A DNA stretch of 30,013 bases from a virus (Duplodnaviria; Heunggongvirae; Uroviricota; Caudoviricetes). Below, piece by piece: positions 18,358-27,412 of this stretch. Location: the IMG/VR virus record IMGVR_UViG_3300000358_000074; one strand, written 5' to 3'. The position numbers and the translations under genes were made by a program. Positions within the stretch are counted from its first letter, which is position 1; every line of letters starts with the position of its first letter. The notes under the pieces are model-generated. The model was not told where the DNA came from. It saw only the letters and a list, made by a program, of their open reading frames with translations, and did no database searches.

Positions 18358-18361
18358 AACC

Positions 18362-19270
18362 ATGCCGATTATCGACCTGAACCAGCTACCCGCACCGGAT
18401 GTGGTCGAAGAGCTGGACTTTGAAACCATTCTTGCCGAACGCAAGGCGACACTGATTTCCCTTTACCCGGAAGACCAGCAGGAGGCGGTCGCCCGTACCC
18501 TGACGCTGGAATCCGAGCCTCTCGTCAAACTGCTGGAGGAAAATGCTTATCGTGAGCTTATCTGGCGTCAGCGTGTGAATGAGGCCGCACGGGCGGTGAT
18601 GCTGGCCTGTGCTGCCGGTAATGACCTTGATGTGATTGGTGCCAATTACAACACCACGCGCCTGACTATCACCCCGGCAGATGATTCGACCATCCCGCCG
18701 ACACCGGCAGTGATGGAGTCTGACACCGATTATCGTCTGCGTATTCAGCAGGCGTTTGAAGGTTTAAGCGTCGCCGGGTCGGTGGGTGCCTATCAGTATC
18801 ATGGTCGAAGTGCTGACGGGCGTGTCGCGGATATCTCTGTCACCAGTCCGTCTCCGGCCTGCGTCACCATCTCCGTGCTGTCACGTGAAAATAACGGTGT
18901 CGCATCCGAAGACCTGCTGGCCGTGGTGCGTAACGCCCTTAATGGCGAGGACGTCAGGCCGGTGGCCGACCGCGTGACCGTGCAGTCTGCCGCCATCGTT
19001 GAATACCAGATAAACGCCACGCTGTATCTTTACCCTGGTCCCGAAAGCGAACCCATTCGCGCTGCCGCCGTGAAAAAACTGGAAGCGTATATCACGGCAC
19101 AGCACCGGCTGGGGCGCGACATCCGTCTGTCTGCCATTTATGCCGCTTTGCATGTGGAAGGCGTGCAGCGTGTCGAGCTGGCCGCACCGCTGGCCGACAT
19201 CGTGCTCAACAATACGCAGGCGTCTTTCTGTACTGAATACAGCGTCGTGACGGGAGGCTCGGATGAGTGA
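18362..19270 (+). CDS. J: Baseplate protein gpJ
   Basis: 302 aa, P2 J length and position. Confidence 0.9.
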   Translation: MPIIDLNQLPAPDVVEELDFETILAERKATLISLYPEDQQEAVARTLTLESEPLVKLLEENAYRELIWRQRVNEAARAVMLACAAGNDLDVIGANYNTTRLTITPADDSTIPPTPAVMESDTDYRLRIQQAFEGLSVAGSVGAYQYHGRSADGRVADISVTSPSPACVTISVLSRENNGVASEDLLAVVRNALNGEDVRPVADRVTVQSAAIVEYQINATLYLYPGPESEPIRAAAVKKLEAYITAQHRLGRDIRLSAIYAALHVEGVQRVELAAPLADIVLNNTQASFCTEYSVVTGGSDE

Positions 19271-19874
19271 TTCGCGACTGCTGCCAACCGGCTCATCACC
19301 GCTTGAAGTTGCCGCCGCAAAAGCCTGTGCGGAAATTGAAAAAACACCGGTCAGTATTCGTGAGCTGTGGAACCCGGACACCTGCCCGGCAAATCTGCTG
19401 CCGTGGCTGGCGTGGTCATTTTCGGTTGACCGCTGGGATGATAAGTGGCCGGAAGCGACAAAACGCGCTGTTATCCGCGATGCGTATTTCATTCACTGCC
19501 ATAAGGGCACTATTGGTGCGATTCGCCGTGTGGTGGAGCCGCTCGGCTATCTGATTGAGGTGAGGGAGTGGTGGCAGCTCAACGAGGAGCCGGGGACGTT
19601 CCGCATCGTTGTTGGCGTGCTTGAGCAGGGTATTACCGAGGAAATGTATCAGGAGCTGGAGCGCCTCGTTGCTGATGCAAAACCGGCAAGCCGCCATCTG
19701 ACGGGACTGGCTATCAGTTTAAGTACAACCGGCAACATTTTTGCCGGTGCGGGATGCTATCACGGTGACGCCCTGACGGTTTATCCCTACACACCGGAGG
19801 CCATTATTGTCGGAGGGGATTATTTCCCGGCCTCGGCCATTCATTTAATTGATAACCTGAGAGTAAACGCATGA
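19263..19874 (+). CDS. I: Baseplate protein gpI
   Basis: 203 aa, follows J and precedes the tail fibre as in P2. Confidence 0.85.
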   Translation: MSDSRLLPTGSSPLEVAAAKACAEIEKTPVSIRELWNPDTCPANLLPWLAWSFSVDRWDDKWPEATKRAVIRDAYFIHCHKGTIGAIRRVVEPLGYLIEVREWWQLNEEPGTFRIVVGVLEQGITEEMYQELERLVADAKPASRHLTGLAISLSTTGNIFAGAGCYHGDALTVYPYTPEAIIVGGDYFPASAIHLIDNLRVNA

Positions 19875-21394
19875 CAGTGAAATACTACGCCATTCTGACT
19901 AATCAGGGCGCAGCACGGCTGGCTAACGCGACGATGCTCGGCAGTAAGCTGAATCTGACGCAAATGGCCGTTGGTGATGCGAATGGTGTCTTACCGACAC
20001 CAGACCCGGCACAGACAAAACTGATTAACCAGAAACGCATCGCGCCGCTGAATCTTCTGAGTGTTGACCCGAACAATCAGAGCCAGATTATTGCGGAGCA
20101 AATCATCCCTGAAAACGAGGGCGGATTCTGGATCCGTGAGATTGGACTTTATGATGATGAAGGCGTACTCATTGCGGTGGCGAACTGCCCGGAAACGTAC
20201 AAACCGCAGTTGCAGGAAGGCAGTGGTCGTACCCAGACTATCCGCATGATTCTGGTTGTCACGAACACCGAAGCCATCACGCTGAAAATCGACCCGGCTG
20301 TGGTACTGGCAACACGTAAATATGTGGATGACAAAATTTCTGAGCACGAACAGTCACGACGCCACCCGGACGCCTCGCTGACCGCAAAAGGTTTTACTCA
20401 GTTAAGCAGTGCAACTAACAGTACATCTGAAACACTGGCCGCAACACCGAAAGCGGTAAAGGCTGCATATGACCTGGCTAACGGGAAATATACCGCTCAG
20501 GATGCGACTACGGCACGAAAAGGCCTTGTTAAACTCAGTAGCGCCACAAACAGCACGTCTGAAACACTGGCTGCAACGCCAAAAGCGGTCAAGGCGGCGT
20601 ATGACCTGGCTAACGGGAAATATACCGCCCAGAACGCCACCACGACGCAAAAAGGGCTTGTTCAGCTCAGTAGTGCAACCAACAGCACATCTGAAACACT
20701 GGCTGCAACGCCAAAAGCGGTAAAGGCTGCATACGACCTGGCTAATGGAAGACAACCGGCAAACGCCATACTCACTGCTCTGGCAGGGCTTGCTACAGCG
20801 GCAGATAAACTCCCTTATTTTACAGGGGTAGATCGTGCCGCGTTAACTGCACTGACAAGTGTTGGTCGTGCAATTCTTAGTAAGCCCAGCACACAGGGAG
20901 TTCTTGATTATCTTGGTTTGGGAGAAGGCTCTGCATTGCCTGTTGGTGTACCTGTTCCGTGGCCCTCCGCAACCCCGCCAACGGGCTGGCTGAAATGCAA
21001 CGGCGCTGCCTTTGATAAGGTGAAATATCCCCATCTTGCTACAGCATATCCATCAGGGAAACTACCTGATCTCCGTGGTGAGTTTATTCGTGGATGGGAT
21101 GACAGGCGTGGTATTGATGCAGGACGTGCTTTATTGAGCATTCAGACTGGGATGCTGGAAAAACACCGCCATATTGTTGTTGCCAACGATGGGTATGATT
21201 CAAAAGAGGAATGGGAACTGGCGACAATCTTCAGAAGAGCATATACGCAAGGCCGGGGGCTTGATGCTGCCGATGCCGGAGGAACTCTGATTCCATCACC
21301 AACGCTACATACACGAGGGAGTATTGGTAACACAGGTGGGAGCGAAACCCGTCCACGAAATATTGCATTTAACTATATCGTGAGAGCTGCATAA
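19871..21394 (+). CDS. H: Tail fibre protein gpH
   Basis: 507 aa. N-terminus is P2 H-like; internal tandem 44-aa repeats; C-terminus has a collar-like PTGWLKCNGAAF...YP.L...LPDLRGEFIRG motif. Confidence 0.85.
   Translation: MTVKYYAILTNQGAARLANATMLGSKLNLTQMAVGDANGVLPTPDPAQTKLINQKRIAPLNLLSVDPNNQSQIIAEQIIPENEGGFWIREIGLYDDEGVLIAVANCPETYKPQLQEGSGRTQTIRMILVVTNTEAITLKIDPAVVLATRKYVDDKISEHEQSRRHPDASLTAKGFTQLSSATNSTSETLAATPKAVKAAYDLANGKYTAQDATTARKGLVKLSSATNSTSETLAATPKAVKAAYDLANGKYTAQNATTTQKGLVQLSSATNSTSETLAATPKAVKAAYDLANGRQPANAILTALAGLATAADKLPYFTGVDRAALTALTSVGRAILSKPSTQGVLDYLGLGEGSALPVGVPVPWPSATPPTGWLKCNGAAFDKVKYPHLATAYPSGKLPDLRGEFIRGWDDRRGIDAGRALLSIQTGMLEKHRHIVVANDGYDSKEEWELATIFRRAYTQGRGLDAADAGGTLIPSPTLHTRGSIGNTGGSETRPRNIAFNYIVRAA
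20405..20750 (+). repeat. Tandem 132-bp (44-codon) repeats, about 2.6 copies, inside gpH
   Basis: Units begin at 20405, 20537 and 20669 (SSATNSTSETLAATPKAVKAAYDLANGKYTAQ...); the copies differ mainly at synonymous positions. Confidence 0.85.
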
Positions 21395-21996
21395 TGGATA
21401 AAGCCGTATTAAATAGCGAACTTATTGCCACGAAGGCGGGGAATATTACCGTCTATAACTATGATGGTGAAACACGGGAATATATTTCCACTTCAAATGA
21501 ATATCTTGCCGTTGGTGTCGGTATCCCGGCATATTCCTGTTTAGATGCTCCTGGCACATATAAGGCGGGTTATGCTATCTGCCGTTCTATGGATTTAAAA
21601 TCATGGGAATATGTGTCAGACCATCGTGGTGAAATTGTCTATAGCACCGAAACAGGTGAATCAAAAGAAATCAAAACTCCGGGTGATTACCCTGAAAATG
21701 CAACCACTATCGCCCCGTCAACGCCATACGATAAATGGGATGGTGAGAAATGGGTGACGGATACCGAGGCACAGCATAGCGCCGCAGTAGATGCAGCAGA
21801 AGCACAGCGCCAGTCACTGATTGATGCAGCAATGGCTTCCATTAGTCTGATTCAGCTGAAATTACAGGCCGGGCGGAAACTGACGCAGGCAGAAACAACC
21901 CGGCTTAACGCTGTGCTGGATTACATTGACGCGGTGACGGCAACAGATACCAGCACCGCGCCTGATGTTATCTGGCCTGAACTGCCGGAGGCGTAG
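21394..21996 (+). CDS. G: Tail fibre assembly chaperone gpG
   Basis: 200 aa immediately after H with ATGA overlap. Confidence 0.8.
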   Translation: MDKAVLNSELIATKAGNITVYNYDGETREYISTSNEYLAVGVGIPAYSCLDAPGTYKAGYAICRSMDLKSWEYVSDHRGEIVYSTETGESKEIKTPGDYPENATTIAPSTPYDKWDGEKWVTDTEAQHSAAVDAAEAQRQSLIDAAMASISLIQLKLQAGRKLTQAETTRLNAVLDYIDAVTATDTSTAPDVIWPELPEA

Positions 21997-22006
21997 GCCA
22001 TTCAAT

Positions 22007-22049
22007 ATCTGGAGCACTGGAAATTTCGACAAGTTCCAGTGCTCCAGAT
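22007..22049. other. Perfect 16-bp-stem hairpin in the G-FI intergenic region
   Basis: atctggagcactggaa-(atttcgacaag)-ttccagtgctccagat; no T-run on either side. Confidence 0.5.
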
Positions 22050-22272
22050 AATCGACTGTGTGGGAACAGGCAGGACGATTGCTGGCTGCGAGGGAATCAC
22101 GTCAACGTGTGGCGCTGATTTTTGATATTGACCTGTCCACGCTCTATAAAAAATTCGCCTCATCAGCGACAAAGAATAAATTGTGCCACCCATCAGCCAA
22201 CCGGGACAAATAGCCTGACATCTCCGGCACACATGAAAATACCACTCACCCATTAACCACGGAGTTAAACGG

Positions 22273-23463
22273 ATGAGTGACTATCATCACGGCGTGCAGG
22301 TGTTGGAGATTAACGACGGCACCCGCGTCATTTCCACCGTATCCACTGCCATTGTCGGCATGGTCTGCACGGCCAGCGATGCGGATGCGGAAACCTTCCC
22401 CCTCAATAAACCTGTGCTGATTACCAATGTGCAGAGCGCAATTGCAAAGGCCGGTAAAAAAGGCACGCTGGCGGCATCGTTGCAGGCCATCGCTGACCAG
22501 TCAAAACCGGTCACCGTTGTCGTGCGTGTGGAAGACGGCACCGGCGAAGACGAGGAAACGAAACTTGCGCAGACCGTTTCCAATATCATCGGCACCACCG
22601 ACGAAAACGGCCAGTACACCGGACTGAAAGCCCTGCTGGCGGCGGAGTCGGTAACCGGTGTTAAACCGCGTATTCTTGGTGTGCCGGGGCTGGATACCAA
22701 AGAGGTGGCTGTTGCACTGGCATCAGTCTGTCAGAAGCTGCGCGCTTTCGGATATATCAGCGCATGGGGCTGTAAGACCATTTCCGAGGTGAAAGCCTAC
22801 CGCCAGAATTTCAGCCAGCGTGAACTGATGGTTATCTGGCCGGATTTCCTCGCATGGGATACGGTCACCAGTACCACCGCCACCGCGTATGCCACCGCCC
22901 GTGCGCTGGGTCTGCGCGCTAAAATCGACCAGGAGCAGGGCTGGCATAAAACGCTGTCCAACGTCGGGGTAAACGGTGTTACCGGCATCAGCGCATCTGT
23001 ATTCTGGGATTTGCAGGAGTCCGGCACCGATGCTGACCTGCTTAACGAGTCAGGCGTCACTACGCTGATTCGCCGCGACGGTTTCCGATTCTGGGGTAAC
23101 CGTACCTGCTCTGATGACCCGCTGTTCCTCTTTGAAAACTACACCCGCACCGCGCAGGTGCTGGCCGATACGATGGCTGAGGCGCACATGTGGGCGGTGG
23201 ACAAGCCCATCACCGCAACGCTGATTCGCGACATCGTTGACGGCATCAATGCCAAATTCCGAGAGCTGAAAACAAACGGCTATATCGTGGATGCGACCTG
23301 CTGGTTCAGCGAAGAATCCAACGATGCGGAAACCCTCAAGGCCGGAAAACTGTATATCGACTACGACTATACACCGGTGCCTCCTCTTGAAAATCTGACC
23401 CTGCGCCAGCGTATTACCGATAAATACCTGGCAAATCTGGTCACCTCGGTTAACAGCAATTAA
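22273..23463 (+). CDS. FI: Tail sheath protein gpFI
   Basis: 396 aa, P2 FI length and position. Confidence 0.9.
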   Translation: MSDYHHGVQVLEINDGTRVISTVSTAIVGMVCTASDADAETFPLNKPVLITNVQSAIAKAGKKGTLAASLQAIADQSKPVTVVVRVEDGTGEDEETKLAQTVSNIIGTTDENGQYTGLKALLAAESVTGVKPRILGVPGLDTKEVAVALASVCQKLRAFGYISAWGCKTISEVKAYRQNFSQRELMVIWPDFLAWDTVTSTTATAYATARALGLRAKIDQEQGWHKTLSNVGVNGVTGISASVFWDLQESGTDADLLNESGVTTLIRRDGFRFWGNRTCSDDPLFLFENYTRTAQVLADTMAEAHMWAVDKPITATLIRDIVDGINAKFRELKTNGYIVDATCWFSEESNDAETLKAGKLYIDYDYTPVPPLENLTLRQRITDKYLANLVTSVNSN

Positions 23464-23475
23464 GGAGCCTGACCG

Positions 23476-23994
23476 ATGGCAATGCCGCGCAAACTCAAGT
23501 TAATGAACGTCTTTCTGAACGGCTACAGCTATCAGGGCGTCGCGAAGTCCGTCACGCTACCAAAACTGACCCGTAAGCTCGAAAACTATCGCGGTGCGGG
23601 GATGAACGGCAGCGCACCGGTAGACCTCGGCCTTGATGACGATGCGCTGTCAATGGAGTGGTCGCTCGGTGGCTTCCCGGATTCGGTTATCTGGGAGCTT
23701 TACGCCGCAACCGGTGTGGATGCCGTACCGATTCGTTTTGCAGGCTCTTACCAGCGCGACGATACCGGCGAAACGGTGGCCGTCGAGGTGGTCATGCGTG
23801 GACGTCAGAAAGAAATCGACACCGGCGAGGGCAAACAGGGAGAAGACACCGAGTCGAAAATCTCCGTGGTCTGCACCTATTTCCGGCTGACGATGGACGG
23901 TAAGGAGCTGGTCGAAATCGACACCATCAACATGATTGAGAAGGTGAACGGCGTCGACCGGCTGGAGCAACACCGTCGCAATATCGGCCTGTGA
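23476..23994 (+). CDS. FII: Tail tube protein gpFII
   Basis: 172 aa, P2 FII length and position. Confidence 0.9.
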   Translation: MAMPRKLKLMNVFLNGYSYQGVAKSVTLPKLTRKLENYRGAGMNGSAPVDLGLDDDALSMEWSLGGFPDSVIWELYAATGVDAVPIRFAGSYQRDDTGETVAVEVVMRGRQKEIDTGEGKQGEDTESKISVVCTYFRLTMDGKELVEIDTINMIEKVNGVDRLEQHRRNIGL

Positions 23995-24050
23995 TTTTCA
24001 TCCGGTCAGCCTGGCTGACCGGTTAACCCCGATTCAGAAGTGAGAAAACC

Positions 24051-24326
24051 ATGAACAAAGAAAACGTCATTACCCTGGACAAGCCGGTCAAACGTGGTGA
24101 GCAGGTTATCGAACAGGTCACGCTGATGAAACCTAATGCCGGGACGCTGCGCGGTGTCAGTCTGGCTGCGGTCGCAAACTCCGAAGTCGATGCACTGATT
24201 AAAGTGCTGCCGCGCATGACCGCACCGATGCTGACCGAGCAGGAAGTCGCCGCGCTGGAACTGCCTGACCTTGTGGCGCTGGCCGGTAAGGTGGTCGGTT
24301 TTTTGTCGCCGAACTCGGTGCAGTGA
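24051..24326 (+). CDS. E: Tail assembly chaperone gpE
   Basis: 91 aa, P2 E position. Confidence 0.85.
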   Translation: MNKENVITLDKPVKRGEQVIEQVTLMKPNAGTLRGVSLAAVANSEVDALIKVLPRMTAPMLTEQEVAALELPDLVALAGKVVGFLSPNSVQ

Positions 24327-24478
24327 CGTTTCCGAAAAATCTCTCGGTCGATGACCTGATGGCGGATGTGGCAGTGATATTTCACTGGCCGCCATCAGAA
24401 CTGTATCCCATGAGCCTGACCGAACTCATCACATGGCGCGAAAAGGCGCTCCGGCGAAGCGGAAACACGAATGAGTAA
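24051..24478 (+). CDS. E+E': gpE+E' extended tail chaperone made by programmed -1 frameshift
   Basis: Slippery T TTT TTG at 24299-24305 in the E frame; the -1 frame then reads VAELGAVTFPKNLSVDDLMADVAVIFHWPPSELYPMSLTELITWREKALRRSGNTNE and stops at 24478, overlapping the T start (ATGAGTAA). Confidence 0.7.
24299..24305 (+). promoter_or_regulatory. -1 ribosomal frameshift slippery heptamer (TTTTTTG)
   Basis: X XXY YYZ-type heptamer placed 7 codons before the E stop; analogous to the lambda G/GT and P2 E/E' frameshift. Confidence 0.65.
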
Positions 24479-26918
24479 CAATGTAAAATTACAGGTATTG
24501 CTCAGGGCTGTTGACCAGGCATCCCGCCCGTTTAAATCCATCCGCACAGCGAGCAAGTCGCTGTCGGGGGATATCCGGGAAACACAAAAATCACTGCGCG
24601 AGCTGAACGGTCAGGCATCCCGTATTGAGGGGTTCCGCAAGACCAGTGCACAGCTCGCCGTGACTGGTCAGGAACTGAAAAAAGCCAGACAGGAAGCCGC
24701 AGCACTGGCTGTCCAGTTTAAAAATACTGAACGACCAACAAATGCACAGGCAAAGGCAATGGAAGCCGCGCGTAAAAATGTGTCGGAGTTACAGGCGAAA
24801 TATAACAGCCTGAGATTGTCGGTACAGCGCCAGCGTCAGGAACTGAGTCAGGCGGGTATTAATACCCGTAATCTGGCGCATGATGAACGAGGGCTGAAAA
24901 ACCGTATCAGTGAAACCACCGTACAGCTTAACCGGCAGCGTGACGCGCTGGCGCGTGTCAGTGCGCAACAGGCAAAACTTAACGCAGTAAAACAGCGTTA
25001 TCAGGCCGGAAAGGAACTGGCCGGAAATATGGCCTCAGTGGGCGCTGCCGGTGTGGGGATTGCTGCTGCGGGAACGATGGCCGGTGTTAAGCTGCTGATG
25101 CCCGGTTATGAGTTTGCGCAGAAAAACTCAGAATTGCAGGCTGTGCTCGGTGTCGCAAAAGACTCCGCCGAAATGGCCGCGCTACGCAAACAGGCGCGCC
25201 AGCTCGGCGACAATACCGCAGCCTCGGCAGATGATGCAGCCGGTGCACAGATTATCATTGCGAAAGCGGGTGGAGATGCTGCGGCTATTCAGGCGGCAAC
25301 GCCGGTCACGCTGAATATGGCACTGGCGAATCAGCGGTCGATGGAAGAAAACGCGCAACTGTTGCTGGGGACTAAAGCATCTTTTCAACTGTCAAATGAT
25401 GATGTCAGCCATGTGGGCGATGTGTTGTCGGCAACGATGAATAAGTCGGCGGCTGATTTTCAGGGACTCAGTGATGCACTGACTTATCTTGGCCCGGTCG
25501 CAAGAACGGCAGGTGTAAGTCTTGAGCAGGCAGCAGCCATGACCGGTGTGCTGCATGACAATAACATCAGGGGGTCAATGGCGGGTACTGGTAGTAGTGC
25601 CGTTGTCACCCGATTACAGGCTCCGACAGGGAAAGCATGGGAAGCACTCAAAGAGCTTGGCGTTAAAACCTCGGACAAAAAGGGAAATATGCGTCCGTTG
25701 TTCACCATTCTGAAAGAGATTCAGGCCAGCTTTGATAAACACAAGCTGGGAACGTCTCAGAAGGGGGAATACCTTAAAACCATTTTTGGTGAGGAAGCCC
25801 TGAAATCAGCGAACGTTTTACTGGCAGCGGCTGCAAGCGGAAAGCTGGATAAGCTGACCGCCACGCTGAAAGCCTCGGACGGTAAAACGGAAGAGCTGGT
25901 TAAAATCATGCAGGATAACCTCGGCGGTGACTTTAAGGAGTTTCAGTCCGCTTATGAGGCGGTGGGGACAGACCTGTTTGACCAGCAGGAAGGCGCACTG
26001 CGTAAGCTCACTCAGACGGCCACAAAGTATGTGTTAAAACTCGACGGCTGGATCCAGAAAAACAAATCACTGGCGTCAACCATCGGCCTCATTGTCGGTG
26101 GCGCGCTGGCGCTTATTGGCATCATCGGTGCCATTGGTCTTGTAGCCTGGCCGGTTATCACCGGCATCAATGCCATCATCGCGGCAGCAGGCGCAATGGG
26201 GGCAATCTTCACGACGGTTGGCAGTGCTGTTATGACCGCCATCGGGGCGATTAGCTGGCCGGTTGTGGCCGTGGTGGCAGCCATTGTCGCCGGGACGTTG
26301 CTTATCCGTAAATACTGGGAGCCTGTCAGCGCATTCTTTGGCGGTGTGGTTGAAGGGCTGAAAGCGGCATTTGCGCCGGTGGGGGAACTGTTCACGCCAC
26401 TTAAGCCGGTGTTTGACTGGCTGGGCGAAAAGTTACAGGCCGCGTGGCAGTGGTTTAAAAACCTGATTGCCCCGGTCAAAGCCACACAGGACACCCTGAA
26501 CCGTTGCCGTGACACGGGCGTCATGTTCGGGCAGGCACTGGCTGACGCGTTGATGCTACCGCTTAATGCGTTCAACAAACTGCGCAGCGGTATTGACTGG
26601 GTACTGGAAAAACTCGGTGTTATCAACAAAGAGTCAGACACACTTGACCAGACCGCAGCCAGAACTCATGCCGCCACGTATGGCACCGGTGGTTATATTC
26701 CGGCGACCAGCTCTTATGCAGGCTATCAGGCTTATCAGCCGGTTACGGCACCGGCTGGCCGCTCTTATGTGGACCAGAGTAAAAACGAATATCACATCAA
26801 CCTGACGGGTGGTACTGCGCCGGGGACACAGCTTGACCGCCAGTTACAGGATGCGCTCGAAAAATACGAGCGGGATAAACGTGCGCGCGCCCGTGCCAGC
26901 ATGATGCATGACGGTTAA
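24471..26918 (+). CDS. T: Tail tape-measure protein gpT
   Basis: 815 aa, coiled-coil N-terminus and hydrophobic Gly/Ala-rich central segment; P2 T length and position. Confidence 0.9.
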   Translation: MSNNVKLQVLLRAVDQASRPFKSIRTASKSLSGDIRETQKSLRELNGQASRIEGFRKTSAQLAVTGQELKKARQEAAALAVQFKNTERPTNAQAKAMEAARKNVSELQAKYNSLRLSVQRQRQELSQAGINTRNLAHDERGLKNRISETTVQLNRQRDALARVSAQQAKLNAVKQRYQAGKELAGNMASVGAAGVGIAAAGTMAGVKLLMPGYEFAQKNSELQAVLGVAKDSAEMAALRKQARQLGDNTAASADDAAGAQIIIAKAGGDAAAIQAATPVTLNMALANQRSMEENAQLLLGTKASFQLSNDDVSHVGDVLSATMNKSAADFQGLSDALTYLGPVARTAGVSLEQAAAMTGVLHDNNIRGSMAGTGSSAVVTRLQAPTGKAWEALKELGVKTSDKKGNMRPLFTILKEIQASFDKHKLGTSQKGEYLKTIFGEEALKSANVLLAAAASGKLDKLTATLKASDGKTEELVKIMQDNLGGDFKEFQSAYEAVGTDLFDQQEGALRKLTQTATKYVLKLDGWIQKNKSLASTIGLIVGGALALIGIIGAIGLVAWPVITGINAIIAAAGAMGAIFTTVGSAVMTAIGAISWPVVAVVAAIVAGTLLIRKYWEPVSAFFGGVVEGLKAAFAPVGELFTPLKPVFDWLGEKLQAAWQWFKNLIAPVKATQDTLNRCRDTGVMFGQALADALMLPLNAFNKLRSGIDWVLEKLGVINKESDTLDQTAARTHAATYGTGGYIPATSSYAGYQAYQPVTAPAGRSYVDQSKNEYHINLTGGTAPGTQLDRQLQDALEKYERDKRARARASMMHDG

Positions 26919-26932
26919 GGAGGTGATGAAAA

Positions 26933-27412
26933 ATGATGCTCGCGTTAGGTATGTTTGTTTTTATGCGCCAGACGCTGCCACACCAGACCATGCAGCGTGA
27001 ATCAGATTATCGCTGGCCGTCAAATTCCCGTATCGGTAAACGGGATGCCTACCAGTTTCTCGGCGTTGGCGAGGAAAACATCACGCTTGCCGGTGTGCTT
27101 TATCCCGAACTGACCGGCGGCAAGCTGACGATGACCACGCTCAGGCTGATGGCAGAGGAGGGGCGAGCGTGGCCGTTGCTGGATGGCACCGGCATGATTT
27201 ACGGCATGTATGTCATCAACAAGGTGAGTGAAACAGGGAGTATTTTCTTTGCAGACGGCACACCCCGGAAAATTGATTTTACGCTGTCGCTCACCCGCGT
27301 TGATGAATCACTGGCCGCGCTTTATGGCGATATCGGTAAACAGGCGGAGTCGCTCATCGGTAAGACTGGCAGTATGGCGACCAGATTCACGGGTATGACG
27401 GGGGCAGGATAA
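26933..27412 (+). CDS. U: Tail protein gpU
   Basis: 159 aa, P2 U length and position. Confidence 0.85.
   Translation: MMLALGMFVFMRQTLPHQTMQRESDYRWPSNSRIGKRDAYQFLGVGEENITLAGVLYPELTGGKLTMTTLRLMAEEGRAWPLLDGTGMIYGMYVINKVSETGSIFFADGTPRKIDFTLSLTRVDESLAALYGDIGKQAESLIGKTGSMATRFTGMTGAG

Noticed and set aside
20402-20755. Minus-strand 117-aa ORF and plus-strand 84-aa ORF with repetitive translations inside gpH
   Set aside because: Artefacts of the 132-bp tandem repeats in the H coding sequence, which keep alternative frames open.
22002-22253. 83-aa minus-strand ORF filling the G-FI intergenic region
   Set aside because: No convincing Shine-Dalgarno; it spans the hairpin and the likely FI promoter and leader and has a Cys/Trp-rich, non-protein-like composition. 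A small hotspot gene cannot be fully excluded without expression data.
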